A stretch of 64,000 bases of DNA, taken from assembly GCA_002437105.1 (NCBI GenBank), contig DJOB01000005.1, forward strand, positions 110,099-174,098, read 5' to 3'. Made by a program: the position numbers and the translations under genes. Positions 1-8,321 of this stretch are shown here, in pieces; within the stretch, counting starts at the first letter, position 1; the number at the start of each line of letters is the position of its first letter. Below the pieces are notes generated by a model. It was not told the DNA's origin, did no database searches, and saw only the letters and a list, made by a program, of their open reading frames with translations. This DNA comes from Bacillales bacterium UBA6449. Its GTDB lineage: Bacteria; Bacillota_I; Bacilli_A; RFN20; CAG-288.

Positions 1-747
1 AAAGGATTCGAGAAGGGTAAGAGAGTCCGTTTCCAAAAGGATAAGGATAATGCTGGCGCCAAAGGCCCTGACGCGGAAGGTATCACGGTAGATTCGAAGG
101 GAATGGTCTATCTTGCTTCCGAAAGGGATAACTCCGCCAAAGGAGTCAATTACAATACCGTCCTGATGGTGGATCCTTCTAGTGAAGGAAATGATCTAGT
201 CGCTCAAAAAGAATGGAATCTGACTTCACTTCTCCCCAGTGTCTCGGCGAATATGGGTGTTGAAGCCATCGAATTTGTGGAAGCGGACAACGTCTCTTTG
301 ATCGATAAGAATACGGGCAGTGCCTTCTCGATGGATAAGTACGATCAGAGCGTGGCTGATGGCGTCTTCTTCGTCGCCCTGGAAGACAATGGGCATGTCT
401 ATGCGTTCGTACTGAATAATGATGGGTCTGCCGTTCTCATTTCCGATATCGATTCGAAACTCGGCGGGGCGATGGCTTTGGATTTTGACACCAGCGAAAA
501 GGTTCTGTGGGTGGCCGCAGATAATGGCTATGGTAATCGTTCGGCTAGGATTAAATTGAACGGAACCGACAATCTGGAGATAACTCACGTTCTTCCCCCC
601 AGCGGATTAGATGTGAATGGAAACTTCGAAGGCTTTGCGATAGCTGATGCTTCATATGCGATAGATGGTGAACGTCCTGTATATCGTTTCCAAGATGGCG
701 TCAAAGAAGGCGCCTTGGTAATCGGAAGTCTCGCAACCACAAAATAG
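1..747 (+). CDS. 3' part of a larger secreted/surface protein gene (5' end outside the window); possibly a phytase-like beta-propeller repeat protein
   Basis: Frame 1 is open from base 1 with no stop before the ATG at 103; stop is TAG at 745-747. The tail '...GPDAEGITVDSKGMVYLASERDN...NGNFEGFAIAD' looks like DxEG / EGfA blade motifs. The family call is by eye only. Confidence 0.5.
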   Translation, partial: KGFEKGKRVRFQKDKDNAGAKGPDAEGITVDSKGMVYLASERDNSAKGVNYNTVLMVDPSSEGNDLVAQKEWNLTSLLPSVSANMGVEAIEFVEADNVSLIDKNTGSAFSMDKYDQSVADGVFFVALEDNGHVYAFVLNNDGSAVLISDIDSKLGGAMALDFDTSEKVLWVAADNGYGNRSARIKLNGTDNLEITHVLPPSGLDVNGNFEGFAIADASYAIDGERPVYRFQDGVKEGALVIGSLATTK

Positions 748-1274
748 ACTGTCGATAAATACTGGATGCCCTATCGATCGTTAGTCCGCTTCTTTACCTA
801 TATATTGCTTATTAAGACATAAAACCTGAAAAGATATCTCTTGGTATTTCTTTGTTTACAGTCTAATTTTCAGCAGAGAATGGATGGAGATACATCTAAA
901 TACTTATTCTCTTTCCAATGAGGTTAAACAGAATCTATAGAAGGGAAAACCTGGTTTTATCCCCCTTAGTTGGTCGCTGTGGAGCTAGAGAAAAGGGATC
1001 TAGCCTCATGCTGTATTGCAAATGAATAAGGAGATATCCTTGGCATCACAAGCGAAAAGGTGAGGAACTGCCTGCTTCACGATCTGGAGATGGCGGAAGT
1101 GGCAACGACCGCACCCACTCCCATCTCCCCTGCCGATAGGAACCACCAGGGAGCAAATGGATAACTAATAAGAATAATTTGGCATAGGAAATAGATTCTA
1201 TGGTGTGATGATTACCATAAGTTTAAGTTCTGATATTCAAAGCTATAGAATTTAATCCCCAATTATTTTCGCAT

Positions 1275-1301
1275 AAAAAGAATCACCGATATCTCGGTGA
1301 T
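1275..1301 (-). terminator. Candidate rho-independent terminator downstream of tRNA-Gly
   Basis: Stem tcaccga (1283-1289) pairs with tcggtga (1294-1300) around a 4-nt loop. On the minus strand it is followed by TTCTTTTT. It lies about 115 nt after the tRNA 3' end. Confidence 0.45.
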
Positions 1302-1417
1302 CCTTAGCTCATTGAGCTTTATCTTTGAATCGCGTATCGTGAGTTACTGGTCCGCAGCAGCAGATTCAAGTGAATCTACTATCATGGAGTATCTCCCGAT
1401 TGCGACTAAGTTTCAGA

Positions 1418-1491
1418 TGGAGCAGGCGACGAGAATCGAACTCGCATAATCAGCTTGGAAGGCTGAGGTTCTACCACTGAACTACGCCTGC
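1418..1491 (-). tRNA. tRNA-Gly (anticodon UCC)
   Basis: The reverse complement reads GCAGGCG-TA-GTTCAGTGGTAGAAC-...CTTCCAA anticodon loop (TCC)...GAGTTCGATTCTC T-arm...CGCCTGCTCCA, with an encoded CCA. Confidence 0.9.
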
Positions 1492-1696
1492 AGTGCGGGA
1501 TAGATACTACACGGAATAGGAAAATAATGCAAGACTTTTCTTGAAGGATAGCACGATTTTCAACTTATATAATAAGGGTAGAAAGAAGGGATACTCCTGC
1601 ATGTGATATTTATGATAGGGGGTCCCCTTAGGTGGCAAGGCCTGATCAAACTCTTTGATATGAGAAGATGGAATGGTTTAAATAATCTAGAGGAAT

Positions 1697-1731
1697 TAAA
1701 AAAGCTTTGACCATTCTCGGTCAAAGCTTTT
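1697..1731 (-). terminator. Rho-independent terminator of glpF (hairpin with A/T runs on both sides)
   Basis: A 12-bp stem aaagctttgacc (1701-1712) pairs with ggtcaaagcttt (1719-1730). A T-run follows on the minus strand. It lies 20 nt after the glpF stop. Confidence 0.8.
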
Positions 1732-1751
1732 GAACTCACTGAATCTAGCTA

Positions 1752-2537
1752 TTAAGCGAGTTTAGCGAGCTTGGACTTATTGAAGAGCTTGTAGAATCCG
1801 AAGGCGACCACACCACCCAGAGTAGGTCCAACGATGTAGACCCAGATTTCCTTGATGGGATCGAACTCGCCGACGATCATGGCGGAGAGCGCAGTTCCTA
1901 AGGAACGAGCGGCATTCAGAGATCCACCGGTGAAGTTGAAGAGGACAGCGATGGCGAGCCAGAGGATGAGACCGATCGCCAGTCCAGAGATCTTGCTGTA
2001 CTTAGCGTCAGCGCTGATGACCAGGATGAAGTAGACGAACACGGCAGTCACGAGGCACTCGAGAATCAGACCGATAAACTCCGCACCGATGAATTCGGCA
2101 CCGGTGTCGGCTAGAGCGAAAGCCGCCGCGTTTACCGTCGTCGAAGCAACATTTCCGACCATATCCCTGAATATACCGACAGCCAGCAGACCGGCCAGAG
2201 TGGCACCGATCACCTGAGCGATGACGTACAGGGCGAACTCCTTCCAAGTCATCCTCTTATCGAGAGCCATGGCGATGGAGACGGAAGGATTGAGCTGGCA
2301 ACCGGATATTCCGCCTATCGCATAGCATAGAGCGGTAACGGTCAAGCCCCAAACCAGGCATATCGCCGTGAGTTTAGCCCAGTTATCAGTTGAAGAAGTA
2401 GAGTTGAACATAACACCGATGAGGACACCGAAGAAAACTAGTATGAAGGTTCCGAATAGCTCAGCGAGAAGTTTAAACCACAAGGGTTTCTTCTCTGGCG
2501 CAATGGATTTTTGCGTCTCAGGATTTAAATCTGCCAT
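1752..2537 (-). CDS. glpF: MIP-family channel (glycerol/dihydroxyacetone facilitator-like aquaglyceroporin)
   Basis: The 261-aa product has six hydrophobic segments. Two half-repeat boxes read 'GCQLNPSVSIA' and 'GGSLNAARSLG', where NPA boxes are expected. RBS GGGGGAAATT precedes the ATG. The gene is divergent from the dha operon. Confidence 0.85.
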   Translation of the reverse strand: MADLNPETQKSIAPEKKPLWFKLLAELFGTFILVFFGVLIGVMFNSTSSTDNWAKLTAICLVWGLTVTALCYAIGGISGCQLNPSVSIAMALDKRMTWKEFALYVIAQVIGATLAGLLAVGIFRDMVGNVASTTVNAAAFALADTGAEFIGAEFIGLILECLVTAVFVYFILVISADAKYSKISGLAIGLILWLAIAVLFNFTGGSLNAARSLGTALSAMIVGEFDPIKEIWVYIVGPTLGGVVAFGFYKLFNKSKLAKLA

Positions 2538-2687
2538 AATTTCCCCCTTTTTAATCGATTCATCATGGCCGACTTAACTATACAACAAAGGCGAAAAAAT
2601 GAAACCGCTTTTTTAGCTTTCTTGCTGACGCTTATTTATTGCTTTAGAAAGTGCTAACATAGTGGCGCTAAGGGGGCAAATTCAAAA

Positions 2688-3092
2688 GTGATTAGCGTCT
2701 TGCTAGTTTCTCATTCCAAGCAGATAACCGATGGCTTGAAGAGCATGATCGACCAGATGATCAATGGTTCTAAAGCTGTGCGAATCGTCTCTCTGGGGGG
2801 GACGGAGGATGGTGGTCTCGGAACTGATCCGATGAAGATCCTGAATGCCATTAAGGAGAGTGCGGACTCCAAGTGGATTCTGATCTTCTGCGATATCGGT
2901 AGTTCCATCATGTCTACCACCTCTGCGCTGGATCTCTTGGATGATGACGAGCTGAAGGCCAAGGTCAGATGTGTGGATGCACCTTTGGTTGAGGGAGCGT
3001 TTGCAGCTGGCGTTATAGCCACGACTACAGATGATATCAACGACATTATCTCTCAGGTCGATGATGCGAAGACACAGAAGAAGTTTGACTGA
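2688..3092 (+). CDS. dhaM: PTS-dependent dihydroxyacetone kinase, phosphotransfer subunit DhaM (EIIA-Man-like domain)
   Basis: The 134-aa product starts 'ISVLLVSHSKQITDGLKSMIDQM' with the conserved N-terminal His. It sits immediately upstream of dhaK/dhaL. The start codon is GTG. Confidence 0.8.
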   Translation: MISVLLVSHSKQITDGLKSMIDQMINGSKAVRIVSLGGTEDGGLGTDPMKILNAIKESADSKWILIFCDIGSSIMSTTSALDLLDDDELKAKVRCVDAPLVEGAFAAGVIATTTDDINDIISQVDDAKTQKKFD

Positions 3093-3113
3093 TCATTTGA
3101 AGGGGGAAAGCAA

Positions 3114-4118
3114 ATGAAGAAGATTATCAATGATCCTGCGGATGTCGTCGAGGAGATGATCGAGGGCTTCGTCAAAGCTAACGAGGGGAAGGTTCACCGG
3201 GTCGAGGATTCTCGTGTCGTTGCCCGTGACTATGAGGGAAAGGGCAAGGTTGGACTCGTCTCTGGTGGTGGAAGCGGACATGAGCCTACCCACGCCGGCT
3301 TCGTGGGAAAGGGAATGCTCTCGGCGGCCGTCTACGGTGATGTCTTCACCTCTCCTACTCCCGATCAGATCCTGACCGCGATCCATGCGGCAGATAAGGG
3401 AGCTGGTGTCTTCCTCGATATCAAGAACTACACGGGCGATGTCATGAATTTCGAGATGGCTCGCGATATGGCTCGCGATGAGGGAATCCAGGTCGAGGAG
3501 GTCGTCATCGGCGACGATATCGCTGTCGAGAATTCTCTCTACACCGCTGGAAGGCGCGGTGTGGCGGGCACTCTCTTCTTCCACAAGATCCTGGGTGCGC
3601 TGGCGGAAAAGGGCGCCTCTCTCGCGGATGTCCTCGCGGAGTCCAAGAAACTTCAGCCGGAGATCAAGACTATCGGTGTGGCTCTCTCGGCGGCTACTAC
3701 TCCTCAGTCGGGGAAGCCTGGCTTCGTCCTCAGCGACGATGAGCTGGAGTACGGTGTGGGAATTCACTCCGAGCCGGGTTATCGGAGAGAGAAGATGAAG
3801 ACTTCTAAAGAGATCGCTCACGAGCTCTATTCGAAGATCAAGGCGGAGTTTGGCCTGAAGAAGGGCGACCAGGTGGCCGTCATGGTCAACGGTATGGGCG
3901 CTACTCCTCTGATGGAGCAGTACGTGTTCGCTAACGATGTGTACCAGCTCTTGGCGGCTGACGGTATCGCCGTGAAGAAGTCGCTGGTGGGTAACTACAT
4001 GACCTCCATCGATATGGCCGGACTCTCCCTGACCATCTTCAGGCTGTCCGATCCCAAGTGGCTCGGTCTGTTAAACGCTGAGGCTGATACTCCAGCTTGG
4101 AAGGAATTCAACAAGTAA
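3114..4118 (+). CDS. dhaK: Dihydroxyacetone kinase, DhaK subunit
   Basis: The product begins 'MKKIINDPADVVEEMIEGF' and carries 'GLVSGGGSGHEPTHAGFVG', both typical DhaK signatures. RBS GGGGGAAAG lies upstream. Confidence 0.93.
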   Translation: MKKIINDPADVVEEMIEGFVKANEGKVHRVEDSRVVARDYEGKGKVGLVSGGGSGHEPTHAGFVGKGMLSAAVYGDVFTSPTPDQILTAIHAADKGAGVFLDIKNYTGDVMNFEMARDMARDEGIQVEEVVIGDDIAVENSLYTAGRRGVAGTLFFHKILGALAEKGASLADVLAESKKLQPEIKTIGVALSAATTPQSGKPGFVLSDDELEYGVGIHSEPGYRREKMKTSKEIAHELYSKIKAEFGLKKGDQVAVMVNGMGATPLMEQYVFANDVYQLLAADGIAVKKSLVGNYMTSIDMAGLSLTIFRLSDPKWLGLLNAEADTPAWKEFNK

Positions 4119-4122
4119 AGAT

Positions 4123-4716
4123 ATGACTTACGACATTAACTTTATCAATAGGTGGTTGAGCAGTTTCAAGGATGTCATCGTCAAGGAGGAGCATTTCATC
4201 TCCGATCTGGATGCCGCTATCGGCGATGCCGATCACGGATTCAACATGGCGAAGGGAATGACCAACTTCGAACTCTCTCTACAGAAGACTCCGGCCAAGA
4301 ATCCGGCGGATGCCTTTATGAAGCTCGCGATGGCGATGCTCTCGAAGGTCGGTGGCTCTTCCGGTCCTCTTTACGGCTCGGCCTTCATGGCCATGTCTAA
4401 AGCTCTCAAGGGCAAGGACGAGTTCACGCTGGCTGATTTCGCTAAGGCGGTCAGCGATGGACTGGTGGCGATCGAGGCGAGAGGCAGATCCAAAGAGGGT
4501 GAGAAGACGATGGATGATGTCTGGGGTCCGGTCTCCAGGGCTCTGACGGCGGGTGCGTTGACGGTCGAGGATGTCGACAAGTTCGTCAATGCTACCGCTC
4601 CGATCAAGGCGACCAAGGGCCGTGCTTCCTATGTCGGTGACCGTTCGATCGGCCACGTCGATCCCGGCTCTTACTCCTCGGGACTGTTCTTCAAGACCTT
4701 CTTGACCACCAAGTAG
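4123..4716 (+). CDS. dhaL: Dihydroxyacetone kinase, ADP-binding DhaL subunit
   Basis: It carries 'LDAAIGDADHGFNMAKG' and 'GGSSGPLYG', which are DhaL signatures. It begins 4 nt after the dhaK stop. Confidence 0.92.
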   Translation: MTYDINFINRWLSSFKDVIVKEEHFISDLDAAIGDADHGFNMAKGMTNFELSLQKTPAKNPADAFMKLAMAMLSKVGGSSGPLYGSAFMAMSKALKGKDEFTLADFAKAVSDGLVAIEARGRSKEGEKTMDDVWGPVSRALTAGALTVEDVDKFVNATAPIKATKGRASYVGDRSIGHVDPGSYSSGLFFKTFLTTK

Positions 4717-4738
4717 TCGGAGATCTCGATTTAAAAGG

Positions 4739-4767
4739 TCATCAGCCTTGCGCTGGTGATCTTTTTT
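4739..4767 (+). terminator. Rho-independent terminator of the dha operon
   Basis: Stem tcatcagc (4739-4746) pairs with gctggtga (4752-4759), followed by TCTTTTTT. Confidence 0.7.
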
Positions 4768-4999
4768 AGTGTTTGATCATTCTTCAGATAGACTTCTTAA
4801 GAATCAACTTATCTATCTAAGTGTCTTAATTTTCACTGGTGAAACGAATATTTTGGGTTCCCTTACCGATGATGGATTTAATGGACTGAAGGCTTTAGAG
4901 GTAGGAGATCTAATAGGAATGGGTAGATTTGGCTGATTTCTTTAGGATAACGCTCAAAATATAGGTGAGATGCATTTTTTAAACCGATCTATAGACACG

Positions 5000-5022
5000 A
5001 AAAAAGCATCCTCGCGGATGCT
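5000..5022 (-). terminator. Rho-independent terminator downstream of tRNA-Asp
   Basis: Stem agcatcc (5005-5011) pairs with ggatgct (5016-5022). On the minus strand it is followed by TTTTTT. Confidence 0.75.
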
Positions 5023-5033
5023 TCTTTTACAAG

Positions 5034-5110
5034 TGGCGGATCTAGCGGGATTTGAACCCGCGGTCTTCTCCGTGACAGGGAGACATGTTAGACCACTACA
5101 CCATAGATCC
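5034..5110 (-). tRNA. tRNA-Asp (anticodon GUC)
   Basis: The reverse complement reads GGATCTA-TG-GTGTAGTGGTCTAACAT-...CTGTCAC loop (GTC)...GGGTTCAAATCCC...TAGATCCGCCA. Confidence 0.9.
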
Positions 5111-5286
5111 AAGAACTCGTCGTGCTCATTCCTGAGCGCTCGATAATTAAACCACACAAACTTTTTGATTGCAAGTAGTAAATGGATGATTTAATATCTT
5201 TTCTGCCAGGCGGCGCTGCGGTGAACGCATTATCCTCTGTTCCCGCTCTGTCGTTCCGGCTCGGAAGTTATCGAGGAGGATAAGCA

Positions 5287-5550
5287 ATGATTTCCAAAGA
5301 GAAGAAGGCTGAGCTGATCAAGGAGTTCGGCACCAGCGAGAAGGACAGCGGAAACACCGCGGTTCAGATCGCTCTGGTCACCGCTGAGATCAAGGTTCTG
5401 ACCGATCACCTGATCGCCAACAAGCACGACTATCAAGCTAAGAGGGCTCTCAACATCGATGTCGCTAAGAGAGCGGCTCTGGTCCGTTACCTTGGCAGGA
5501 AGGATCCTGCTAAGCTCGCCGAGATCAAGACCAAGCTCGGACTCAAGTAG
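5287..5550 (+). CDS. rpsO: 30S ribosomal protein S15
   Basis: The 87-aa product reads 'MISKEKKAELIKEFGTSEKDSGNTAVQIALVTAEIKVLTDHL..HDY..KRAL'. RBS GAGGAGGA lies 6 nt upstream. Confidence 0.97.
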   Translation: MISKEKKAELIKEFGTSEKDSGNTAVQIALVTAEIKVLTDHLIANKHDYQAKRALNIDVAKRAALVRYLGRKDPAKLAEIKTKLGLK

Positions 5551-5582
5551 TCCCGGTCTCAGATCCCTTCGGGATATCGAAG

Positions 5583-5617
5583 GAAGGGAGCCCCAACCGG
5601 CTCCCTTCTTCTTTTTT
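5583..5617 (+). terminator. Rho-independent terminator of rpsO
   Basis: A 10-bp stem gaagggagcc (5583-5592) pairs with ggctcccttc (5599-5608), then TTCTTTTTT. Confidence 0.85.
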
Positions 5618-5698
5618 AATGGCTATATTGGTCTATAATTACCAGCGGTTTTGAGCGGGGATTTTAATCTCTATATCCGTTTCAGTGAGGTGTGATCG

Positions 5699-6862
5699 AT
5701 GTTGAAAAGTCAGAGCCGGGAGAGAGGTCTACTCATTTTAGGCGGCGGCGTAGCCGGCTATTTTTTGGCCTGCTTTGCCAAGGATCTTAACCCCTCTCTT
5801 CCGGTGCGGGTGATCGATCGGTCCAACCGTAAGCCGCTGAGCCGAATCCTCGTCAGCGGCAACGGGCGCTGCAATATCTTCAACCGAGCGCTGCTCGAAG
5901 ATCGGATTCCCGACGACCCGCTCTTCGCCCAGCTGCGGCGTATATGGCGACCGGGATGCGGTCAGCACACCATGGCTGAATTCGCGCGGCTCTTCCAGGT
6001 TCCTCTCTACAGCTTGGGCGATCTCATGTACCCCTTCTCCAATCGCTCCGATACCGTGTATCAGGCGGTTTTGAAGAAGGCTGAAAAGCTAGGTGTCGAG
6101 ACCATCTACGGTGATATCGAAGAGGTCGATTGCTCCCGCCATATCGTTTCTGTCGATACGGGTGAAGAGAAGGTGGTGAGGATGGCTAGCGACCTTATCG
6201 CTCTGTGCTTAGGAGGCAGCTGCTTGAACTATCCTCAGTTTGACTGGGGAATGTTTAAGGGGCTGAATGCTGAGGTCGTGCCGTATACGCCCGCCTTGGG
6301 GCCGATACCTGTCCGGGAGGATCTGTCCAGCTTGGAGGGATATCGGTTGCGAGGGACGCTCCAACTCTGCGATCGCGGGCATCCGGTCTACCGCGAAGAG
6401 GGGGAAGTCCTATTTCGCAAGCGGGAGATCTCGGGCATATGCGCCTTTAACTGCTCGATTCGGCTCGATCCGGCCCGCGTGTCCGATTTCAGCCTCGCCC
6501 TCGATGGTACCCGGCACGATGGGACGCAGCTGCCGCCTGCCGCCGCGATCGACCTGTCGGTGCCTTCGCGGGTGGCTCAGCTGGTCTTCATGCAGGCGCG
6601 TGCGAGAGCCATCACTCCCTATGCCGCGCTGAGCGATCTTCGCTTCTCGGTCGCGGGGCTGCCGACATTTAAGAACAGTCAGGTCTCATGTGGTGGCGTG
6701 AGCCTGGATTCGCTAGATAGGGATCTTCAGCTGAAGGGAAATCCCGGTATCTATTGTCTCGGGGAAATGGTGGATATACCCTTGCCCTGCGGCGGATTCA
6801 ATATCGGCATGTGTATAGTCGAGGCGCTGCTGGTAGCCGAAGCTCTGAGTCGAGGTGAATGA
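5699..6862 (+). CDS. FAD-dependent oxidoreductase of the HI0933/YhiN (BaiN-like) family
   Basis: It has an N-terminal GxGxxG box ('ILGGGVAGYF'), the family motif 'VSGNGRCNIFN' and a C-terminal 'GGFNIG'. Confidence 0.75.
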   Translation: MLKSQSRERGLLILGGGVAGYFLACFAKDLNPSLPVRVIDRSNRKPLSRILVSGNGRCNIFNRALLEDRIPDDPLFAQLRRIWRPGCGQHTMAEFARLFQVPLYSLGDLMYPFSNRSDTVYQAVLKKAEKLGVETIYGDIEEVDCSRHIVSVDTGEEKVVRMASDLIALCLGGSCLNYPQFDWGMFKGLNAEVVPYTPALGPIPVREDLSSLEGYRLRGTLQLCDRGHPVYREEGEVLFRKREISGICAFNCSIRLDPARVSDFSLALDGTRHDGTQLPPAAAIDLSVPSRVAQLVFMQARARAITPYAALSDLRFSVAGLPTFKNSQVSCGGVSLDSLDRDLQLKGNPGIYCLGEMVDIPLPCGGFNIGMCIVEALLVAEALSRGE

Positions 6863-6865
6863 AGT

Positions 6866-8320
6866 ATGGAAAATAATAAAATGGCGCGAGAGAACTACCC
6901 TCCGGAATTGAAGGACTGTATTCGTTACATCTTCCGGACCTATTTCGATACGGAACCAGCTCCCTTCTTCGAGAACTACTTCCGCGAGAGAATCCCTGAA
7001 GAGGAGCGGCTGGGAACCGCTCGGGTGATGCAGCGGGTCTTGGATCGGCTGTCGAAATCCAATGCCCTGCCCACTCGGGAAGCTCTCTACTCGCAGATCT
7101 TCGACCTAGCCAACTATTCCTATGGTGAGTGGTGGTTCAAGATCCGTGATCTTCCCTCTTCGCAGAAAAAGAAGGAGTTGACCGAGGATAGCCAGTTCAT
7201 CGATCGGATCGCCTTTCTGGTCTCGCTCAAGTTCAATATCCTGGTTCGGGGGGTGAGGCAGGGTAAGCTTCACATCTCGTCTCTCTCCCCCTACTCGCCG
7301 ATCAACACCGATCTGAAGGCCCTGCTCATGCTGATGATCAACCTGAACTCTCCGCTGGCGAAGAACGATCCGAATAAGAGTTTGGTCTTCGATCTCTTCG
7401 ACCGGATTCTCCGCAAGGCGCACGGTACCCTGAAAATGCTTTCCATGGGTCTGGGAAACGATGCTTACGCCTCCTGGAGAACCCTGCATGAAGCGGAGTG
7501 CATCCTCTCTCTTCTAGTTAAGGATGGCGACGCTCTCGAGCGGGTGTACGTGCAGCATATCGTCTATAATAACGCCTTCCGCGGCACGATCGCTGACACC
7601 GCGAAGTCCGATGCGATCTTCGGACAGATGAAGGAGAGGATGAAGGAATACGGGCTGAAGTCCAAGGATATCAAGAAGTTCATCGAGTACGGCTGGCTCT
7701 ATTCCTCATCCGCTTATCTCCGGCTGAGTCGGGATTCCGAACTCTTCAGAAAATACGCGGTTCCCCTGGAGAGGAATAAGGATGAAGTCACCAGGTTTGT
7801 CCTGGGGAAGGGACCGGCCAAGGACAGTCTCGACTATGCCGATTTCCAGCGGGACAAGGTGGAGCTTCTGACTTGGGATCACGATCGTCTGAAGGACTTC
7901 AAGCTCAATTTCCGCGATGGGATCGAGAATCTGGCGGGATTGACCCGGTATTCCGAGTGGTATGAGACCGCTTCTGAGGTCACCCACTCCTCGCCTGTGT
8001 TCTTCTATGCCAACGATCAGTTCTTCTTCGACCTATCCACCGTGGCGCTCTATCAGCTATCATTGAGGGTGGCGCGGCTGTACGTCAAGACCATGGAGAA
8101 GAGCTTCTCGAGCTCGCCGCAGACCGCCGGCATGGTGAATGTGCTGCTGAACGAGTGCACGTTCATGTGCCGGGATCAGCGCCAGCGCTTCAAGCAGATC
8201 TACGGCATCAACGTGCTGGATGAGGATGATGGGATGAACGATATGGCCGATATGGAATCCGGGCCCTACGGTGTGACGAAACCGGGTCCGATACTCAAGG
8301 AAGAGGAGGATAAAGGCTGA
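6866..8320 (+). CDS. Hypothetical protein (484 aa, predicted all-helical, no recognisable family)
   Basis: It is a long ORF with the same codon style as its neighbours. It starts 3 nt after the upstream stop and ends 1 nt before the next start. RBS GAGGTGA lies upstream. Confidence 0.7.
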   Translation: MENNKMARENYPPELKDCIRYIFRTYFDTEPAPFFENYFRERIPEEERLGTARVMQRVLDRLSKSNALPTREALYSQIFDLANYSYGEWWFKIRDLPSSQKKKELTEDSQFIDRIAFLVSLKFNILVRGVRQGKLHISSLSPYSPINTDLKALLMLMINLNSPLAKNDPNKSLVFDLFDRILRKAHGTLKMLSMGLGNDAYASWRTLHEAECILSLLVKDGDALERVYVQHIVYNNAFRGTIADTAKSDAIFGQMKERMKEYGLKSKDIKKFIEYGWLYSSSAYLRLSRDSELFRKYAVPLERNKDEVTRFVLGKGPAKDSLDYADFQRDKVELLTWDHDRLKDFKLNFRDGIENLAGLTRYSEWYETASEVTHSSPVFFYANDQFFFDLSTVALYQLSLRVARLYVKTMEKSFSSSPQTAGMVNVLLNECTFMCRDQRQRFKQIYGINVLDEDDGMNDMADMESGPYGVTKPGPILKEEEDKG

Positions 8321-8321
8321 T

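Noticed and set aside
2600-2613. A cre-like site (TGAAACCGCTTTTT) in the glpF/dhaM divergent promoter region.
   Set aside because: The left half fits TGWAANCG, but the right half lacks the conserved WCA and the site is not palindromic. It is too weak to call without a matrix score.
4954-5157. A 67-aa ORF on the minus strand.
   Set aside because: It is fully explained by tRNA-Asp (5034-5110) and its terminator. The same applies to ORF 34860-35057, which overlies tRNA-His.
5198-5286. A GC-rich ~90-nt 5' UTR of rpsO as an S15 autoregulatory leader.
   Set aside because: It is plausible from established knowledge of S15 autoregulation. However, I could not identify a convincing pseudoknot or three-way junction or a firm promoter by eye; it needs folding and covariance analysis.
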